Assembly (NCBI GenBank): GCA_027925225.1
Contig: AP027131.1
Location: forward strand, 300,001-332,000
Direction: 5' to 3'
DNA length: 32,000 nucleotides
From: Candidatus Saccharimonadota bacterium
GTDB lineage: Bacteria; Bacillota_I; Bacilli_A; Mycoplasmatales; Hepatoplasmataceae
Shown here piece by piece: positions 1 to 10,480 of this stretch. Both the position numbers and the translations under genes were made by a program. The notes under the pieces are model-generated. The model was not told where the DNA came from. It was given only the letters and a program-made list of their open reading frames with translations, and searched no databases. How positions within the stretch are numbered: position 1 is the stretch's first letter; each line of letters opens with the position of its first letter.

Positions 1-158
1 ATTTTTATTTTAAAAATTATAAATTAAATATTTTTTACTAGATTATTTTTACATTTATAAATTAGTAATATTCCTTTAATTTTTTAGATTTTTATTTAAT
101 GGTAGAATTGAAATATTATTAATAAAATAAACACACAATTTTTTATAGGTAAATAAAA

Positions 159-2669
159 ATGGAAGAAAACACAAATTTAAATATTTTAAATGTAAATGAA
201 AATGAACTTAATTTTTTTAATTATAAAAAATTTTCTAATTTTAAAACAGCAAACAATACTGTAAAAAATCTAAATAAATTACTAATTAATTTAAATAAAA
301 TTTATTCATCTATTTTTCATAATGAAAATATTAAATTAAATAAAAAGGTAAATAAGAAATATAAAAATGATTTAAAAAAAGGTTTAGAAAATAATTGACT
401 TGAAACACAAATTAGGGAATTGAAAGAATTAAATGATTTAGAAAAGCACCTTTTATCTAAAAATTTAAGAGAAAATTATTTAAAAAATGAAACAATAAAT
501 TTTAAAAAAATTAATATTAAAAAAATTCTTTATTTAAATAAAGAAGTTTGAAAAAATCTAAATATATTAACAAAATACACTGCTAAGAAAATAGATTTCT
601 CAATAAATGAAAATTTAATTGAGGCTAATAATTTAATAAATTCATTTCACAAAAAAATGAATCAAAATAATTTGTTAGTAAAAAAATGAAATAACAATAA
701 AATGTTTTTTAATAATTCATTTAACTTGACTTCGGATAATGTTAAAAATAATAAAAAAGATTTATCAAAAATTTTAAGACAAAATGAAAGACTATATGAT
801 AAATTTTCTGATTTAAATCTTTTAAGTAAGAGATTATTTCATGTTCTTGATGTTGATAGTGAACTTTTTTTAGAAAAAGACCAAAAGAAATTAGAAAGTG
901 TTTTATTTTATGAATTATCGAGAGCTGGAATAATACCTTATTCTAAAAAGCAAAATAATTACTTAGAAAAAACAGTAAGAAATATTATAAATGAATCTGA
1001 AAATATAGAAAAATCACTTTATGATATAAAAAATCAAGAAAAAAATGCAGTTAATTCTTTTAATTTTTTATTAGAAAAATTTAAACAAAATGAATTATTT
1101 AAAATAAATGCATCTATTTTGAGCTTTGAAAATACAAAAAAAGAAATTATTCAAAAATTGGATTTATTAAAAGAAAGAGGAGAAATTCTTTCAGACAAAA
1201 TTGATTTTTTAACTGAAAAATTAAGAAGACATGTAATAGGAAAAATTATTAAAGAAAATAATTTAGAGAAACAAAGTGACTTAATAATAAGTTTTGCAAA
1301 TTTAAGACATCCTTTATTAAATGAAAAAATTGGACAATTATCAAAAATTTCTCAAGAAGAAAAAATAGCTTCACCTTCAAGCTTTCCTCAAAAATCATTA
1401 AAAAAACAAATAATAATATTTGAAAATATTTATGATAATGTTTTATCACTTTGAAATTTAATAAATGATCTAAGGGAAAATAAAATTATTTACAATGTTT
1501 CAGAATTAAAATTTGGAAATTTAAATAAAATAAGAAATCCAAAAAAAAATAGCAATTTATTATTAATACAAAAAAAAGAAAGACATCAAGGTGTTAAATT
1601 AAAAAATATACTTGAAAATCAAATGAATGATATTAATAAATATTTAAATAGAATTATTGAAGTTCAAATTGATTTTTTAAAAAAATTTAATAAACCAAAT
1701 GAGGAAGGAGAAAATAAAAATATTGTTTTTGATTTTTCTGAAATAGGGAAAAAGTTAAAAGATAAAAATTTATTAACTCAAAATGATATTCTTAATTTTG
1801 ACAAAGAAAAAATTGCTCAAAAAATAGATTTTTTAGTTAAAAATCAGAATAAATTTTTTAGTAATAATAATTTAGAAAATTTTAATTATAAAGTAATTAA
1901 TTTAGGTGAAAAAATATTTCAACATAAATATTTAGATAAATATTCTAATAAAAATATAAATGTTAATCCCAAAAAAATAAAAGTATCCAGTATAAAAAGA
2001 AAAGAATTATTCAAAAAGGAAATAGCTGAAATTAAAGGATTTGATGAAAATAAAAATAAGAGTATTTTTTTATTTGATTTTAATATAGAAGAATTAAATA
2101 AAATTGATTATCATGAAATAATTGAAAATAGAGAGATGAGAAATGATTTTAATAAAATTTTTGAATATTTTACTAGTAATTCCAATAATATAAATGAAGC
2201 TGTTCTTGAATTTAATAATTTAAAAAAAGACATAAATAAAAGAATGGCATATTTGATGGAAAAATATAAAACATTAATAGAAGTAATAAATGAATTTAAT
2301 CATAAAATTTTAGTAGAAACAGAGATTACAAAATCAAGTTTAGAATCTAATAAAATTATATTAAATCAAATAGAAAAATTAGAAGAAGCAGTTATAAAAA
2401 AAGAGAAGGATTTTAATATTTCTAAAATAAAAGGAGTAGGTCCACAAACAAAAAAATATTTATTAAAAAATAATATTAAAACTGTTAGAGAATTAATAAA
2501 TTATTCAAGAAATAATGATATTACAAATTTTATTGCAAATATCCCAGGATTAAAAAATGAAACTTATAATGCAAAGATTGATAAATTTAATGATTTTTTA
2601 ATGCAAGCAAATGAGCATATAAAAAAAAGCAAAGAAGCAAATAATAAAAAAAATATTAATAAAAACTAA
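159..2669 (+). CDS. Large Asn/Lys-rich coiled-coil protein (836 aa) with C-terminal tandem helix-hairpin-helix motifs; function unknown
   Basis: Track ORFs 159-398, 702-1454 and 1623-2669 share one frame. Read codon by codon, the gaps contain only TGA (396, 549, 687, 1452) and no TAA/TAG. AGGT lies about 11 nt upstream of the ATG. The C-terminus (GVGPQTKKYLLKNNIKTVRELI ... IANIPGLKNETYNAKI) looks like (HhH)2. Confidence 0.6.
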
Positions 2670-2671
2670 AA

Positions 2672-2732
2672 TTATCAACAATAATTTTATTTATTAAAAG
2701 CCAAAAATATAGTAAAATAACTTTGTTGATAA
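2672..2732. promoter_or_regulatory. Perfect 10-bp inverted repeat (ttatcaacaa / ttgttgataa) with a 41-nt spacer in the ORF1-efp intergenic region
   Basis: Arms at 2672-2681 and 2723-2732 are exact reverse complements. No T-run follows, so this is not a canonical terminator. It could be an operator or a leader structure. Confidence 0.2.
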
Positions 2733-2753
2733 AAAACAAAATAAGTAATTAAA

Positions 2754-3329
2754 ATGAGTGAATTGATTAATGTAAATGATTTTAAACCTGGAATTACTTT
2801 TTCAAAAGATGGAGAAGTTTATATTGTTATTGAATCATCGCATGCTAAATCTGGAAGAGGGCAAGCGCATGTTAAAGCCAAAGTAAGAAATCTTTATACA
2901 AATGCAATTCTTACAATGACTTTTACAGGTGCTGAGAAAGTAGAAAAGGCATTTATAGAAAAAAGGAGTGTTCATTTTCTTTATTCGGATGAATTACATT
3001 CATTTTTTATGGATATGGAAAATTATGAACAATTTGAGATTGAAAATGAAAAAATAAGAAATAAAATTCATCTTTTAGTAGAGGAATTAGAATTATTTAT
3101 TATTTTTTATAAAGAAGATCTTATAGGAATAGAACTTCCTAAAAATATTTCTTTAAGAGTTGTTGAAACAGCAAATGCAGTAAAAGGTGATACTGTAAAC
3201 AAATCGACAAAACGCGCTAAATTAGAAAATAATATTGAAATCGACGTGCCACAGTTCATAAATACCAATGACAAAGTAATAATTAATACAGAAAATTTAA
3301 AATATGTTTCAAAGGTTAAAGGTAAATAA
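2754..3329 (+). CDS. efp: Elongation factor P
   Basis: The 191-aa ORF aligns along its whole length with the EF-P pattern: N-terminal NDFKPG, loop HAKSGRGQAHVKAKVRNL, YLY-type middle domain, GIELP, VVET..A.KGDT, VP.FI..GD.I.I.T....Y. Confidence 0.95.
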   Translation: MSELINVNDFKPGITFSKDGEVYIVIESSHAKSGRGQAHVKAKVRNLYTNAILTMTFTGAEKVEKAFIEKRSVHFLYSDELHSFFMDMENYEQFEIENEKIRNKIHLLVEELELFIIFYKEDLIGIELPKNISLRVVETANAVKGDTVNKSTKRAKLENNIEIDVPQFINTNDKVIINTENLKYVSKVKGK

Positions 3330-3331
3330 TT

Positions 3332-4075
3332 ATGAGAATAGTAATATCTGGTACAGTCGGAGTGGGAAAATCAACAGTTTCTTCACAATTGGTAAAAGAA
3401 TTTATAAAACAAAAATATGAAGTTAATTTTTTAAATGAAGAAACAGTAGACTCAATTTATTTGGATTTTTATTATAAAAAACCATATGATTGAGCATTTC
3501 TTGCACAACTTGATTTTCTTTTTGGCAGATTTAAGCAATGGTTAATTGATGAAAAAAAAAGAAGTAATTTAACTATAGAAAAAAATAAAAAATACATTAC
3601 AGTTTATGATCGTCATTTTTTAGATGACTATGTTTTTGCTGAATTACATACAATTAAACAAAATATCTCAAATTTTAATTCAATCACATATCAAGCAATT
3701 TATAAAGAGCTTTCAGATAAAATGAATAAATTAAAAGCAAAACCTGATTTCTTCTTTTTATTAAAAGCAAATTTAGATGTAATTGTAGAAAGATTAAAAG
3801 GAAGAGGAAGAAGTGAGGAATTAGATGTTTCTCTTGAATATTGGAAAGACTTATATAAAAACTATTATATAAGACCAACATTTAAAAATCACTTTCAACA
3901 AAACGTAATTAATTTTGTTGAAATTAATACAAATAATAAAACATCAGAAGAAGTAGTAAAAGAAATATTAAATTATATTAGCAATAATTATGATTATTCT
4001 TTTAATGAGGCAATTGAAAAAAAGCAATTAGAAAATAATAATATAAACACATTTAAAAACACAATATTAAATTAG
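3332..4075 (+). CDS. Deoxynucleoside kinase family protein, paralog 1
   Basis: ATG at 3332 is in frame with track ORF 3722-4075 through TGA codons. P-loop GTVGVGKST, DRHFLDDYVFA (ERS-type motif) and lid RLKGRGRSEE are present. Confidence 0.85.
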
Positions 4076-4110
4076 CATTAAATATTAGAAGAAAATATTT
4101 AGTGATAATT

Positions 4111-4770
4111 GTGAAAATAGTAATTACCGGAACAACTGGAGTAGGAAAATCAACAACTGTAAAAGGTCTTGATGATTATTTTTTAAAAAAAAATAAAAAA
4201 GTAAAACCCTCAAAGGAACTTGTTGTTGATTCTCCTTTTTTTGATCTTTATTTTGAAGACTTAAAGGAATGAGGTTTTCTTTCGCAACTTGATTTTTTAC
4301 TTACGAGATTTAGACAATATGTAAATAATGAAATTTCTCAAAAAAAAGATAAATCTAAAAAAGACATAATTTATCTTTTTGATCGTCATTTTCTTGAAGA
4401 TAAAATTTTTGCTGAATTAAAAATAATAAAAGAATCTATTTCTGCAAAAAATTCTGATATGTACCTTTATGTATATAATCAAATTTTAGAAAGATTAGAT
4501 GAAGATTTTACTAAGATAGATTATATTATTTTATTAAAAGCAAATTTTGAGGAAATAATAAATAGGATGAGAAAAAGGGGAAGAGAAATAGAAGAAAAAT
4601 TTTCAAGAGAATATTGATTTGATTTGTATAATGGATATTACAATAATGAAGAAAATTTAAATCTTTTTAGAAAATATTCAAAGCACTTACTTATTATAGA
4701 TACAACAAATTTAAATCCAGATGAAGTATTAAAAACAATTATCGAAAAAATAAAATCAAATAAAGGATAA
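4111..4770 (+). CDS. Deoxynucleoside kinase family protein, paralog 2 (GTG start)
   Basis: 660 nt in frame (GTG 4111 to TAA 4768-4770) with internal TGA. Motifs: MKIVITGTTGVGKST, DRHFLEDKIFA, RMRKRGREIE. The start was chosen by alignment to the paralogs. Confidence 0.8.
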
Positions 4771-4778
4771 TGAAAATT

Positions 4779-5483
4779 ATGAAAATAATCATATCAGGAA
4801 TGGTTGGTGTTGGAAAATCAACAATTTCAGAAAATCTTTATAATTATTTTATAAAAAACAACAATAGAAATTTAAAAATTGGTTTTTTAAAAGAATTACA
4901 ATTTGAAAATCCTTATCTTGATTTTTTTTATAAAGAAAGATGTGAGTGAAGTTTTTTAATTCAAATAGATTTTTTATTAGAAAGATATAAAAAATTAATA
5001 ATTGAAGATAAGAAAAATAATGATATTACAATATTTGATCGTCACTTTTTGGATGATTATATTTTTGCAAACTCTGATTCTATAAAAGAAGATATTACTA
5101 ATATTCATTTAAATATTTATTTAGAATTAAATAAATATTTAAGTTCAACTATTTCTGAAAATGATAGACCTGATTATTTTTTTCTATTAAAAGCTGAATA
5201 TAATGAAATTATTAATAGAATAAATAAAAGGGGGAGAAGTTTTGAAAAAAGTAGCGATTTAAATAAATATTGAAAAAGTATGTATAAAGTTTATTATGAA
5301 AATAAACTAGTTCAAGAATATTTATTAAGAAACACAAAAAACTTCATTATAATAGATGCAAATAAATCAGAAAAAGAAATATTAAATGAAATCTTAGATA
5401 TTTTAAATTCTAAAAATTTATGAATTTCAAGATTAATAAGAGAAAAAAATAAGAATTTAGATTTTAAATTTCTTAAATATTAA
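4779..5483 (+). CDS. Deoxynucleoside kinase family protein, paralog 3
   Basis: MKIIISGMVGVGKST, DRHFLDDYIFA and RINKRGRSFE are present. AAAGGA lies 11 nt upstream of ATG 4779, and ATG 4770 is an in-frame alternative. TGA at 5271 and 5421 are read as Trp, so the true stop is TAA 5481-5483. This gives a 27-nt overlap with the convergent helicase 3' end. Confidence 0.8.
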
Positions 5484-6581
5484 GTTTTTATTTTTATCTT
5501 TTATTCTTTCTAACTTATCATTATCTTCTTCAGAAATTAAATCATATATTGTTCCGCTTATTGTATTTAATCTATTTGTTCTTCCGATTCTATGTTTATA
5601 AAATATAAGATCTGAAGGATAACTAAAATTTATAATGTGTGTTACAATAGGAAAATCTAATCCTCTTGCAATTAAATCTGTTGTAATTAAAAATACAATT
5701 TTGTCTTGATGAATTAATTTTATAATTTTATTTTTTTCTTTTGTATTTAATTGATTATTAAAAAAATATAAGTTTTCCACTTTTTTTTCTTTTAAATATC
5801 TATAAATTAAATTTACTTCATTATTTGTTTTTGCAAATATCAAACAAAAATAGGGATTTAAATTATCAGAAGTTATAAGTTTAAATAATTTTTCTAGTTT
5901 TTCTGATTCATCTACCCTTATTAAATTTATTTTTATTTTTTCCTTATCTAAGTCAACTATTTTAATGTTTTTTGTATTTATTATTTGTAATTTATTTTTA
6001 ATAAAATTTTGTAAAGGAATAGGAAAGGTAGCAGAAAATAAACCTCAAGTTTTATTATCTTTTTTTATAACTTTTTCTTTAAAAATTAAAATTTCTTCTA
6101 AAAAACCAAAATTATAAATCATGTCAATTTCATCAATAATTAAATATTTTAAATTATCAAAATTTATTTTTTCTCTTTCAATTATTTTAAGTAATTTACT
6201 AGGAGTTGTAATTATTATATTTGGATCTTTTTTAAGAAAATAAATATCTTCATTTGTTGAAAGATTATTTATTAAATTAAAAAAAGTAAAATTTGGGAAA
6301 TTTTTCTTTATTTCAGATAAAACACTACTAATTTGAATTGCAAGTTCTCTAGAGGGCACTCAAATTATTGTATTTATTTTATCTTCAGATTTTAGATTAT
6401 TTAAAATCGGAAGAAGAAATGCTAATGTTTTTCCAGATCCAGTAGGAGCTTCTACCGTGACGCTTTTATTTTTTGAAAGTAATGGAATTACATCTTTTTG
6501 AACTTTTGAAAAATTTTTAATATTTTTGTAGATTAAATATTCTTTTAATTCTTTATTTAAATTAGATTGTTCTATAAACAT
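5457..6581 (-). CDS. DEAD-box-type RNA helicase (DEID variant), 374 aa
   Basis: Track fragments 6360-6581, 6045-6359 and 5457-5843 are in one frame, and I translated the 5844-6044 gap and found it open. Motifs: Q-motif F..VQ, AxTGSGKT (APTGSGKT), PSRELA, TPSKL, DEID, SAT, and RGLD / HRIGRT in the C-domain. Confidence 0.85.
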
Positions 6582-7329
6582 GATCTTCCTTATTTTTAAT
6601 TATTATCAATTCTTTAAAATAATCATTGCTTTTAAAGTAATTTTTTATCATAGAAACAAATATATCTTCTGTTTGATGTCCTATTTCGATTACCTTAACA
6701 TTATTATCATTTGCATAAATTCAATGATGATATTTTAATTCGCCTATTACAAAAATAGAGTCTCTATACTTATAATCATATATTAAATCACCCATTGCAC
6801 CTGAAGCAATTATTAATTTTTTTGTAGGAAGAAGATTATTAGGAATATTTGTTCTTATTTTATTTTTTATATCAAAAGTATTTTTTATATATTTAATAAA
6901 ATCAATTAATGTTTTTTCTTTTCTCAAATTTGCTTTTACTGCTTGATTTAAATCTATTTGATTTATATTTTCAAGTTCCAATGCAAGCGCTTGAGAATAT
7001 GAAATAGAAATTGGATTAAAATCTGCATTTGTATGAATAATATAAACATTAATATTAAGTTTTTTTAATAAATCTACTTTTGATTTTAAAATTAAATCTT
7101 TTTTTATTAATTCTTCTTTTTCTCCATAAAAAAGAGGATGATGAGCAATTATTAAATCTACTTTTTTATTGATTGCTTCTTCAATTACTTTTAATGTTAT
7201 ATCTAAAGTAACATATACTGTTGTTATTTCGTCTTTTCCTTTTAACTGCATTCCAATATAATCTTCTAAATATGCTGATTCAATTGGATATTCTTCATTT
7301 AAAAAGTTAATAATTTTTTCTAACTTCAT
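6562..7329 (-). CDS. NIF3 (YqfO/YbgI) family protein, 255 aa
   Basis: Track ORF 6721-7329 ends at a TGA. Read as Trp, the ORF continues 53 codons to TAA 6562-6564 and overlaps the helicase start by 20 nt. Motifs HHPLFY and HTNAD are typical of NIF3. The position next to trmK/rpoD matches the Firmicute gene order. Confidence 0.85.
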
Positions 7330-7387
7330 AATAATTATTTTAATATTTATTAATTTAAATGTTGTTTTATTTTTTATTTTTTTTGCT

Positions 7388-8209
7388 TTAATTATTTCTA
7401 AAATAATTAAATAGTTCTTCTTTTAAGCCATAAAAATCATATATTAAATCATTTAATGGGATATTAATTATATTTTTTGCTCTTGTATTTAAAATTTTAA
7501 TATTACTAATTTTTTGTTGATTAAATTCACTTTCACATAGAATTGTATAAAATAATAACTGATAAATTCAATTGATATCTATTTTTGATTTTAAACTTGT
7601 TTTTATTTCTATTAAACTATCATCTATTATTAAATCAGCTGTTCCTAATATTAAGTTAGTTCCAATTGATTGCTTAAATTTTTTATCAAAAATAACATGT
7701 TTGCTTGATTCTAATAAATTCTCTATTAATTTGTTTTCTTTAACATTATTTTTTATTTTAGAAAAATCATTTAGAAAATTATTATTATATTTTGGATTTT
7801 TGATTCCTTCTAAAAAATTTCCATTAATTCATTTTTCCTTAAAGAAAATATCTATTATTGATCCCATTCTTTGAAACTCTTGGTGATTTGGATTTTCTAC
7901 AACTATTTTAAAGTTTTCAAAATTTATTTTATTTAAATGATTATCAAAAATTTTTGCTATTTCTCTATTTTTTATTATTTTTGTTATTTCTTTTTTATTA
8001 CTTTTAGATTCTTTTTTTTCTGCTTTGCTTTTGTTATTTTTTTTTATAAAATTAGATTTTATTAAAAATAAATAAATTAAAAATAAAATAACTGCTGTTA
8101 CTATGATTATTGAAACAAACAATGGAAGCAAAGATAATATATAGCAAAAAAATAATAATATTAAAATTATTAAAAATCATCGATTTGATTTATTTTTTTT
8201 ATTATTCAT
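7388..8209 (-). CDS. Membrane-anchored PD-(D/E)xK (RecB/Cas4-like) nuclease-fold protein, 273 aa
   Basis: ATG 8209 begins MNNKKNKSNRW, followed by a hydrophobic helix (FLIILILLFFCYILSLLPLFVSIIIVTAVILFLIYLFLI). Track ORF 7829-8131 continues through TGA to TAA 7388-7390, with frame verified. The C-terminal half has GTADLIIDDSLIEIKTS (D...ExK) followed by YQLLFY (QxxxY). Confidence 0.55.
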
Positions 8210-8257
8210 TATTTCTTATTTATAAAATTATAAATAAGAAATAATTATATATACATG

Positions 8258-8638
8258 TTATTTTTTATCTGAAACTAGTTTATTTAAAATAATTTTTATA
8301 TCACCAATGTCTTTTTGCACTAAATCAAATTTGTTATCCATTTTTACTTCAATTTTTAAAACTCTATTTTCTAAAGAAATAAATTTATTATCAATATTCA
8401 TAAGTTTATTATCAATGTTTAAAAATTTGTTATCTATATCTTTAAAGTTTTTTTCAAAAGCAATAAGCTTATTATCTATATTTAAAAATTTATTGTCTAT
8501 ATCCTTAAAGTTTTTTTCAAAAGCAATAAGCTTATTATCTATATTTAAAAATTTATTATCTATGTTTATAAATTTATCATTTATTCATTTATGGTTTTTT
8601 TCTGATTTTCTAAAAATATTAAGATTTACTAAGTTCAT
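8258..8638 (-). CDS. Small heptad-repeat coiled-coil protein (126 aa)
   Basis: Translated codon by codon: MNLVNLNIFRKSEKNHKW then (IDNKFLN IDNKLIA FEKNFKD) repeated, ending ...DIGDIKIILNKLVSDKK*. It contains one TGA. The plus-strand track ORF 8307-8762 is its low-complexity antisense shadow. Confidence 0.5.
8380..8580 (-). repeat. In-frame 63-bp (21-aa, three heptads) tandem repeat, about 3 copies
   Basis: Unit starts at 8431, 8494 and 8557, an exact 63-bp spacing, and the units are near-identical. Confidence 0.8.
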
Positions 8639-8686
8639 AATTATCTATATTAAATTAAACTTTATTTTAATAAATTCTCACTTTAT

Positions 8687-9157
8687 TTATATTTTTTTAA
8701 AAAGAAAAGTAATATATTTTTTGTTTTTTTCAATTATTTTTTTTTCATCTATCATTTTGTAATTTAGTTTTATAATTTCTTCTTTTAATAAATTAATTCC
8801 TACAGTTGGTTGAAGAATTAATTTTTGATTTATCAAAGGATATTGATTTAAAATATCTAAAATTTTTCTAGCGCCAAGTCCTGAAATTATTATTGTATTG
8901 TATTTAGATAAATCAATGTTCTTAAATCCATCAGAGATAAAAAGCTCTATTTTTTCTTTTAAGTTTTCATTTAAATTATTTCTTAATTTTTCTATTGCTT
9001 TTTTACTAATATCGGAACCATCTGCTTTAAGACAAAGATTATTTTCTATTAAAAAAATTGGCACTTTCAAATGATCAGTACCAATATCAATTACTTTATC
9101 TTCTTTTTCAATAAAAGAAACAATTGTTTGTAATCTTAATTTTAATTTTTTAGTCAT
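8687..9157 (-). CDS. trmK: tRNA (adenine22-N1)-methyltransferase TrmK-like
   Basis: [12 protein letters not shown]..., the SAM motif VIDIGTDH and ISGLGARKI are present. The gene lies immediately downstream of rpoD, with an 8-nt overlap, as in Firmicutes. Confidence 0.75.
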   Translation of the reverse strand: MTKKLKLRLQTIVSFIEKEDKVIDIGTDHLKVPIFLIENNLCLKADGSDISKKAIEKLRNNLNENLKEKIELFISDGFKNIDLSKYNTIIISGLGARKILDILNQYPLINQKLILQPTVGINLLKEEIIKLNYKMIDEKKIIEKNKKYITFLFKKI

Positions 9158-10475
9158 TTTTTAAATGTTCTAAATCTTTTCTTACATTCTCTTTGTCTTT
9201 AAGTTTTTTCATCGCTTTAGATTCAATTTGTCTAATTCTTTCTCTAGTTACATTAAATCTTTGTCCAATTTCTTCTAGAGAATATCTTTGTTTAATTTCA
9301 TTTGAACCTTCTTCAAGCCCATTTCTTAATCTTATAATATCTACTTCTCTTTTATTTAAATATTTTGGTAAAATTTCATTTATTTTAGAAATAATTTCTT
9401 TGTTGGTTGCATATTTATCGGGAGATATTGTTTGTTTATCTTCTACAAAATCATAAAGAAATGATTCGTTATCAGAACTTATTGTTTTATCAAGTGAGGA
9501 AGGATCGATATTTATAAGTCTTATTTGATTTATTTTACTTTCAGTAATATCTCCTCCCATTTCTTTTGCAATTTCAGCATCGGTTGGTCTTCTTCCGAGT
9601 TCTTGCATTAATTCTCTTGTTATTTTTGAAAGTTTATTAATAGTTTCAACCATATGAACAGGAATACGAACAGTACGAGCTTGATCTGCTATTGCTCTTG
9701 TTATCGCTTGTCTAATTCATCAAGTTGCATAAGTTGATATTTTATATCCTTTTTTATAATCAAATTTATTAATTGCTCTTATAAGTCCATTATTTCCTTC
9801 AGAAATTAAATCTGAAAAAGGGAGTCCTCTACCTTTATATTTTTTTGCTATATTTATTACAAGTCTTAAATTATGATTAATAAGAATTTCTTTTGCAATT
9901 CTAGCTCTATCTTTTTGTGCTCAAGTTGAATCTAACTGAATTCCTGCTTCGATTTGCTTTGCAAGCTCTATTTCTTTTTCTGCAGTAAGAAGAACACCAT
10001 ATTTTCCAACTCATTGCATATATCACTTAATATGATCATCGGTATCTATTAATTCATTATCAATAACAGTATCATCAATATCTTGATAATACTCAAGGTC
10101 ATTTTTTACTTCGCTCTCAGCATTTGCTGTAATTTCTTCACTTGATTTTTCTAAATTTTCTTCTTCTGTTGAATTTTTGTCTTCTTCAAATGTATAAGAT
10201 GTATTTGTTTCTTCTTCAATTTTAACATCATTAAGATCAACCATTTTTTGTTCTTGTTTTTGGTCTTCTTGAATAATTCTTTCAGCAATAAGAAGATCGA
10301 AGAAATTTTCAGTTTCATCATCATTTGTCATTATAAGATTATGATTATCTAGAAATTTAAAAACTTCTTCCTCAGTAAAATATTCTTTTTTGCTCTTTTT
10401 TAATTCACCTTTTAAAATCTTAATTACAGTCTCATATTCATTTAAATATATTTTTTTCTTATCATTTTTTGCCAT
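9150..10475 (-). CDS. rpoD: Primary RNA polymerase sigma factor (sigma-70/SigA), 441 aa
   Basis: Fragments 10023-10475 and 9150-9653 are in frame (1326 nt). The intervening part encodes [69 protein letters not shown], with WW encoded by TGA TGA. Region 4 is [24 protein letters not shown]. Confidence 0.95.
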
Positions 10476-10480
10476 ATAAA

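Noticed and set aside
8307-8762. Plus- or minus-strand track ORFs antisense to the genes called above. Examples: 1249-1449, 3684-3881, 7572-7874, 8307-8762, 9193-9456, 11610-12023, 12309-13098, 14691-15416, 15973-16167, 20214-20498, 21446-21640, 22396-22596, 26505-26759, 27293-27628 and 30416-30637.
   Set aside because: They encode Phe/Leu/Ile/Ser-rich low-complexity peptides, typical of the reverse strand of Lys/Asn/Glu-rich genes in AT-rich DNA. They have no motifs, and each overlaps a well-supported gene on the other strand.
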